Source of the DNA: Geopsychrobacteraceae bacterium
GTDB taxonomy: Bacteria > Desulfobacterota > Desulfuromonadia > Desulfuromonadales > Geopsychrobacteraceae
Assembly: GCA_963676795.2 (NCBI GenBank)
Contig: CAXXTB010000001.1
Span: 1,344,001-1,408,000, forward strand
DNA: 64,000 bases
Direction of reading: 5' to 3'
The first letter of the stretch is position 1; every line of letters starts with the position of its first letter. This document shows, piece after piece, positions 58,267-64,000 of this stretch. Both the position numbers and the translations under genes were made by a program. The notes below the pieces were generated by a model. The model worked only from the letters and a program-made list of their open reading frames with translations, was not told the origin of the DNA and did no database searches.

Positions 58267-59511
58267 TTACAGGAAGAGTTTGACCTTGGCAATGGCGGTA
58301 AATAGCCGGTCGACTTCGTCGTGGGTGTTGTAGATGCTGAAAGAGGCGCGGACCGTGCCTGGCACGGCGAACTGTTCCATCACCGGCTGGGCGCAGTGCT
58401 GGCCGGTGCGCACGGCAATTCCCTGCTGGTCGAGGAGCATGCCGACATCGCTTGGGTGGGCTCCCGCCAGGTTAAAACTGAAGATGCCGACCCTGTGCTT
58501 GGCCTGACCGACCTGAATCAGTCCTTCGCAGTCGGCAGCGCGCTGGATCGTATAATCGAGCAACGATACTTCGTGCGCCGCCAGGGCGCTGCGGTCGAAG
58601 CCGTTCAGATAGTCGATCGCCGCGGCCAGGCCGATGACTCCGGCGACATGGGGGGTGCCGGCCTCAAACTTGAACGGCAGGCGGTTGTAGATCGTTTCGG
58701 CAAAGCTGACCGATTCAATCATTTCGCCGCCCCCCAAAAACGGTGGCATGGCATCGAGCAGCTCTTTCTTGCCATAGAGTACGCCGATGCCGGTCGGGCC
58801 GAACATCTTGTGGCCGGAGAAGACATAGAAATCGGCATCGAGTGCCTGAACATCGACCGGCCAGTGGCTGATCCCCTGGGCACCGTCGATCAGCACCCTG
58901 GCTCCGGCAGCATGGGCGAGGAGGATGATCTTCTCGATCGGGTTAACCGTCCCCAGGCTGTTGCAGACGTGGGCGCAGGCGACGATCTTGACCGGCTCCT
59001 GAGAGAGCAGTGCTCTGAACTTATCCAGTTCGATTTCACCTGTCGCATCAACCGGAATGGCGATCAGCCTGGCACCCTGGCGGGCGGCTGTCATCTGCCA
59101 GGGGACGATGTTGGCATGGTGCTCCATGGTCGAAGCGAGGATCACATCGCCCGGCTTTAAGGCGATACTGCCGAAGCACTGGGCGACGATGTTGATTCCT
59201 TCGGTCGTTCCCCGCGTCCAGATCACCTCTTCCTGGTGGGGCGCGTTGAGAAACTCCTGTACCGTTTTGCGCGCCTTTTCGAATTTACTGGTCGCCCGGT
59301 CACTCAGGGCGTAGCTGCCGCGGTGGACATTGGCGTTATCGCAGCGATAGAAATTGCTGATCGCCTCGATGACGCATTCCGGCTTCTGGGTGGTCGAGGC
59401 ATTGTCCAGATAGACCAGCGGCTGACCGTTGATCTGCTGGGCAAGGATCGGGAAGTCGCCACGAATCTCAAGCGGGTCGAACACCTTGGCTGCTTTTGCT
59501 ACGGCGTTCAT
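58267..59511 (-). CDS. sufS: Cysteine desulfurase SufS
   Basis: YLDNASTTQKP, EHHAN, FSGHKMFGPTG, RTGQHCAQP. Confidence 0.95.
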   Translation of the reverse strand: MNAVAKAAKVFDPLEIRGDFPILAQQINGQPLVYLDNASTTQKPECVIEAISNFYRCDNANVHRGSYALSDRATSKFEKARKTVQEFLNAPHQEEVIWTRGTTEGINIVAQCFGSIALKPGDVILASTMEHHANIVPWQMTAARQGARLIAIPVDATGEIELDKFRALLSQEPVKIVACAHVCNSLGTVNPIEKIILLAHAAGARVLIDGAQGISHWPVDVQALDADFYVFSGHKMFGPTGIGVLYGKKELLDAMPPFLGGGEMIESVSFAETIYNRLPFKFEAGTPHVAGVIGLAAAIDYLNGFDRSALAAHEVSLLDYTIQRAADCEGLIQVGQAKHRVGIFSFNLAGAHPSDVGMLLDQQGIAVRTGQHCAQPVMEQFAVPGTVRASFSIYNTHDEVDRLFTAIAKVKLFL

Positions 59512-60821
59512 GAAGGATTCTCCTGTGCGGCCGCTGCTCTGGTGAAGAGCGACTGCAGAACCGGTTTGAGAAACTGTGCCAGCGGCTCAAGTTCGATCTT
59601 CTCGACCAGTTCGTTGATAAAGCCGAAGCTGAGCATCAGTTCGGCATCGATCCTGCTGATCCCCCGGCTCTGCATATAGTAGAGAGCCAGCTCGTCGATC
59701 TGGGCGACCGTCGCTCCGTGGGCGCAACGCACATCGTCGGCGTAGATCTCCAGCTCCGGTTTGGTGTAGACCTCAGCATCCGGGCTGAGCAGCAGGTTCC
59801 TGTTGCTCAGCTCGGCCAGCGTCTTCTGGGCATCCTGATGGATATGGATGCGGCCGTTAAAAACCGCTGTGCTCTTGCCGGCCATGATGCCGCGAAAGAC
59901 CTCGTTGCTGGTGCAGTTGGGCAGACGATGTTCGATACAGCTGTGGACATCGACATGCTCAGTGTCACACGGCAGGTAGAGGCCTTTGAGTTCGCAGTGG
60001 GAGCCGCCGTGCAGATGATGGACGACCAGATCGTGGCGTTGGCAGCGACCACCCAGCGCCAAGGTGAAGCCCTGGTAGCGGGCATGGGCACCGAGCGCGC
60101 AGTGGGCCGCAGAGAGGCTGACGGCAGACTGGCCTTCGAGCCCGAGGCGGTAGTGGTCGAGAACCGCGCCTTCTTCCAGCTCGATCTCCGTCAGCTGGTT
60201 GGAAAAGCTTCCCTGTCCTCCCGGCAGCACGACCTGATGTTCGATCAGGCAGGCTTTGGCACCCCTTTCCAGATCACAGATGATCCGGGTTGCCTGCTGC
60301 TCACTGCGGCTGTTCGGCGTAGCGACAAGGACGACATGGATAGGTTTGTCGATCTGGCTGTCCGCAGCCACCCTGATGACAAGGCCATCGCTGAGCAGGC
60401 TTAAGTTCTGCCAGGCGCCGATATGCTGATCCTTGTTCAGAGCCCGTTCAAAGGTTGTGTTGAGGCGATGCTCCAGCTGCTCCTGGGCGCTCGTCTCAAG
60501 CTGTGACAGGATGCTCAGCTGCCCGGCATATCCGCTCCGTCCTGTCGACAGGTCGCTTTGAAAGCGGCCATCGACAAAGACCAGCCGGATGGCGTCGAGG
60601 CCGCCGATCTGTCCCAGTGCTGCAACTGTTTCAGAGTTGAGCTCGGCACTCAGCTCCGGCAGTTCAGCCAGGGCCTTGCTGATGGGGGTGTGCAGCCAGT
60701 GTTCTGTTTTGGGCCCCGGCCAGCTGAGTGTCGCGAGTTTCTCCAGCCCCTGCTCACGAAGAGCGGACAGCCAGTCGTATGTCTTGGCAACAGGGGCGGT
60801 CAGTGTGGTTGTTGTTCCCAT
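59508..60821 (-). CDS. sufD: Fe-S assembly protein SufD
   Basis: VFNGRI, AQKT, KPELEIYADDV.C.HGAT, Y..SRGI. Confidence 0.94.
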   Translation of the reverse strand: MGTTTTLTAPVAKTYDWLSALREQGLEKLATLSWPGPKTEHWLHTPISKALAELPELSAELNSETVAALGQIGGLDAIRLVFVDGRFQSDLSTGRSGYAGQLSILSQLETSAQEQLEHRLNTTFERALNKDQHIGAWQNLSLLSDGLVIRVAADSQIDKPIHVVLVATPNSRSEQQATRIICDLERGAKACLIEHQVVLPGGQGSFSNQLTEIELEEGAVLDHYRLGLEGQSAVSLSAAHCALGAHARYQGFTLALGGRCQRHDLVVHHLHGGSHCELKGLYLPCDTEHVDVHSCIEHRLPNCTSNEVFRGIMAGKSTAVFNGRIHIHQDAQKTLAELSNRNLLLSPDAEVYTKPELEIYADDVRCAHGATVAQIDELALYYMQSRGISRIDAELMLSFGFINELVEKIELEPLAQFLKPVLQSLFTRAAAAQENPS

Positions 60822-60830
60822 GGCCTTTTC

Positions 60831-61571
60831 CTATTCGCTGATCCAGCCGTAGCCGGTTTGTTCCAGTTCCTTGGCCAGCTCCTTGCCACCGGAGCGGACG
60901 ATCCGCCCTTTGGAAAAAACATGGACGTAGTCGGGGACTATGTAGTCGAGCAGGCGCTGATAGTGGGTGATGACGATGAATGAGCGGTCCGGGTTGCGCT
61001 GGGCGTTGACGCCGTCGGCGACCACCTGCAGGGCATCGATATCGAGCCCCGAATCGGTCTCATCCAAAATGACCAGCTTCGGTTCGAGGATCATCATCTG
61101 CAGCAGCTCGTTGCGCTTTTTTTCGCCGCCGGAGAAGCCGTCGTTGACGCCGCGCTTGAGGAAGTCGGGATCGAGGTTGACCTCCTTGCATTTCTCCCGC
61201 GCCAGTTTCATGAAGCTGATGCTGTCGAGCGGCTGTTCACCGCGTTCTTTGCGGTGCGCGTCATGGGCCGCCTTCATGAATTCCATATTGGTGACGCCGG
61301 GGATCTCGATCGGGTACTGAAAGGCGAGGAATACTCCGGCCCTGGCGCGTTCGTCTGCTTCCTTGTCGAGCAGCGATTCCCCCTGCAGGGCAATCTCCCC
61401 GGCGGTCACCTCGTAGCCGTCGCGGCCGGAAATGATATAGCTCAAGGTACTCTTGCCCGCACCGTTAGGGCCCATGATGGCATGCACCTCGCCGGGACCG
61501 ATCTCCAGGTTGAGGCCGTTGATGATCTGTTTGTCGTCTATTTTTGCATGCAGATTCTTGATCGATAACAT
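60831..61571 (-). CDS. sufC: Fe-S assembly ATPase SufC
   Basis: HAIMGPNGAGKST, FLAFQYP.EIPGV, GFSGGEKKRNE, LDETDSGLDIDAL. Confidence 0.97.
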   Translation of the reverse strand: MLSIKNLHAKIDDKQIINGLNLEIGPGEVHAIMGPNGAGKSTLSYIISGRDGYEVTAGEIALQGESLLDKEADERARAGVFLAFQYPIEIPGVTNMEFMKAAHDAHRKERGEQPLDSISFMKLAREKCKEVNLDPDFLKRGVNDGFSGGEKKRNELLQMMILEPKLVILDETDSGLDIDALQVVADGVNAQRNPDRSFIVITHYQRLLDYIVPDYVHVFSKGRIVRSGGKELAKELEQTGYGWISE

Positions 61572-61611
61572 GTTGTAAGTCCTTTATATATTGTCTGTAG
61601 CGCAGCAGCGC

Positions 61612-63048
<1,437 letters not shown>

Positions 63049-63182
63049 AGTTATCCTTCTTCTTTATGCAGATAGCCAGTCAGCCTGTTGCTCTGTTTGC
63101 TTTTATGCATGAATTGACAAAGAAAACATCGTTGTCAGGAAGATGCGGGTTCGACGGCATTGTCGTTGGAAGCTTTTCTTCG

Positions 63183-63215
63183 ATTATGCAAACTATAACC
63201 ATAATAGTCAACTAT
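63183..63215 (-). promoter_or_regulatory. suf promoter with an IscR/Rrf2 type-1-like half site over the -35
   Basis: TTGACT-17nt-CATAAT; ATAGTTGACTATTAT matches the left half of the IscR type-1 consensus. Confidence 0.55.
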
Positions 63216-63406
63216 CTACGAGAGATTATTACTCTGGTGCGGAGTTCTGGGGTAGATGTTCTGTCTTTTGGTGTGCAGCGGCGGAAGCAGTGGTTGATGT
63301 TTTGCTGTATCGGACATATAGTGGCGATTCGTCAGAAGGGAGGGGCTGCTGGGCTCTTCTCTGGAGTTTTGATTGTTCAACAGAAGCGCGGGAGTGAGAG
63401 TTTATT

Positions 63407-64000
63407 ATGTATCAGATATCGGACAAGGGGCGCGGCGTTCGCCAGATGTTTGATGATATTGCCGGCCGTTACGATCTGCTCAACCGGCTACTGTCCTTCG
63501 GAATTGACGTGCGCTGGCGACGATTTGCTGTCAGTCAGTTGAGTATTCCCAAAAACGGACGAGTCCTCGATATCGCCACCGGGACCTGCGATGTCGCCCT
63601 TGAGGTCGCCGAACAGACCGACCCCAGTGTTCTCATCATCGGCGAAGATTTTACTCAAGGGATGCTGGTCGCTGGGCAGAAGAAACTCAAAGCGTCACCG
63701 CACGGGGAGCGGATCATGCTGGTCAACGCCCCCTGTGAAGAGATCCCCCATCCCGACCTGACTTTTGACGGAATTACCATCGCTTTCGGTATCCGCAATG
63801 TCGTCGATCGCGAAGCCGGTCTGCGCGAGATGGTCCGCGTCCTCAAGCCGGGGGGGAGGGCGGTCATTCTCGAGTTCTCCAGCCCGCGCAGCCGTCTCTT
63901 TCGTCAGATCTACTATTTCTACTTTCAGAAAGTGCTGCCGACCATCGGTGGGCTTATTTCAAAACGCAGCGCCTACCAGTATCTGCCCGACTCAGTACTG
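63407..64000 (+). CDS. ubiE: Demethylmenaquinone methyltransferase UbiE/MenG, truncated at the right edge (not in ORF track)
   Basis: MYQISDKGRGVRQMFDDIAGRYDLLNRLLSFGIDVRWRR...VLDIATGT.D...IAFGIRNV...RVLKPGG...LEFS...AYQYLPDS. Confidence 0.94.
   Translation, partial: MYQISDKGRGVRQMFDDIAGRYDLLNRLLSFGIDVRWRRFAVSQLSIPKNGRVLDIATGTCDVALEVAEQTDPSVLIIGEDFTQGMLVAGQKKLKASPHGERIMLVNAPCEEIPHPDLTFDGITIAFGIRNVVDREAGLREMVRVLKPGGRAVILEFSSPRSRLFRQIYYFYFQKVLPTIGGLISKRSAYQYLPDSVL

Noticed and set aside
63066..63542. 158-aa and 84-aa ORFs upstream of ubiE
   Set aside because: They span the divergent suf/ubiE promoter region; the 158-aa ORF also overlaps ubiE out of frame; no motifs

Overview
Chromosomal window from an anaerobic Desulfuromonadales-type bacterium (Pelobacter/Desulfuromusa/Malonomonas-like; inferred from gene content, not from a marker gene). 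The left ~7 kb is housekeeping or lineage-typical DNA: ferredoxin, hpt, a Rieske/cytochrome b/pentaheme c cluster and a CheX-like protein, ending at tRNA-Arg(CCG). From there to ~55.7 kb lies an accessory block for gallate/trihydroxybenzene metabolism. It holds a UbiD/LpdD/UbiX gallate-type decarboxylase, the molybdoenzyme pyrogallol-phloroglucinol transhydroxylase (athL-bthL), a fused 3-oxoacid CoA-transferase, ackA, an rnfABCDGE operon, moaA with a ModE-like regulator, four transporter classes (TTT, SSS, ABC, TRAP), two paralogous IclR regulators, a TetR, a soluble chemoreceptor and one intact IS1182-family element. The most unexpected gene is an apparently intact O2-dependent gallate dioxygenase facing the anaerobic decarboxylase operon. 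A shared operator-like motif follows several sigma70 promoters across the block, and several small ORFs are absent from the ORF track. The right end carries moaC, sufBCDSE and a truncated ubiE/menG. Family assignments come from motif reading and recall, with no database searches.
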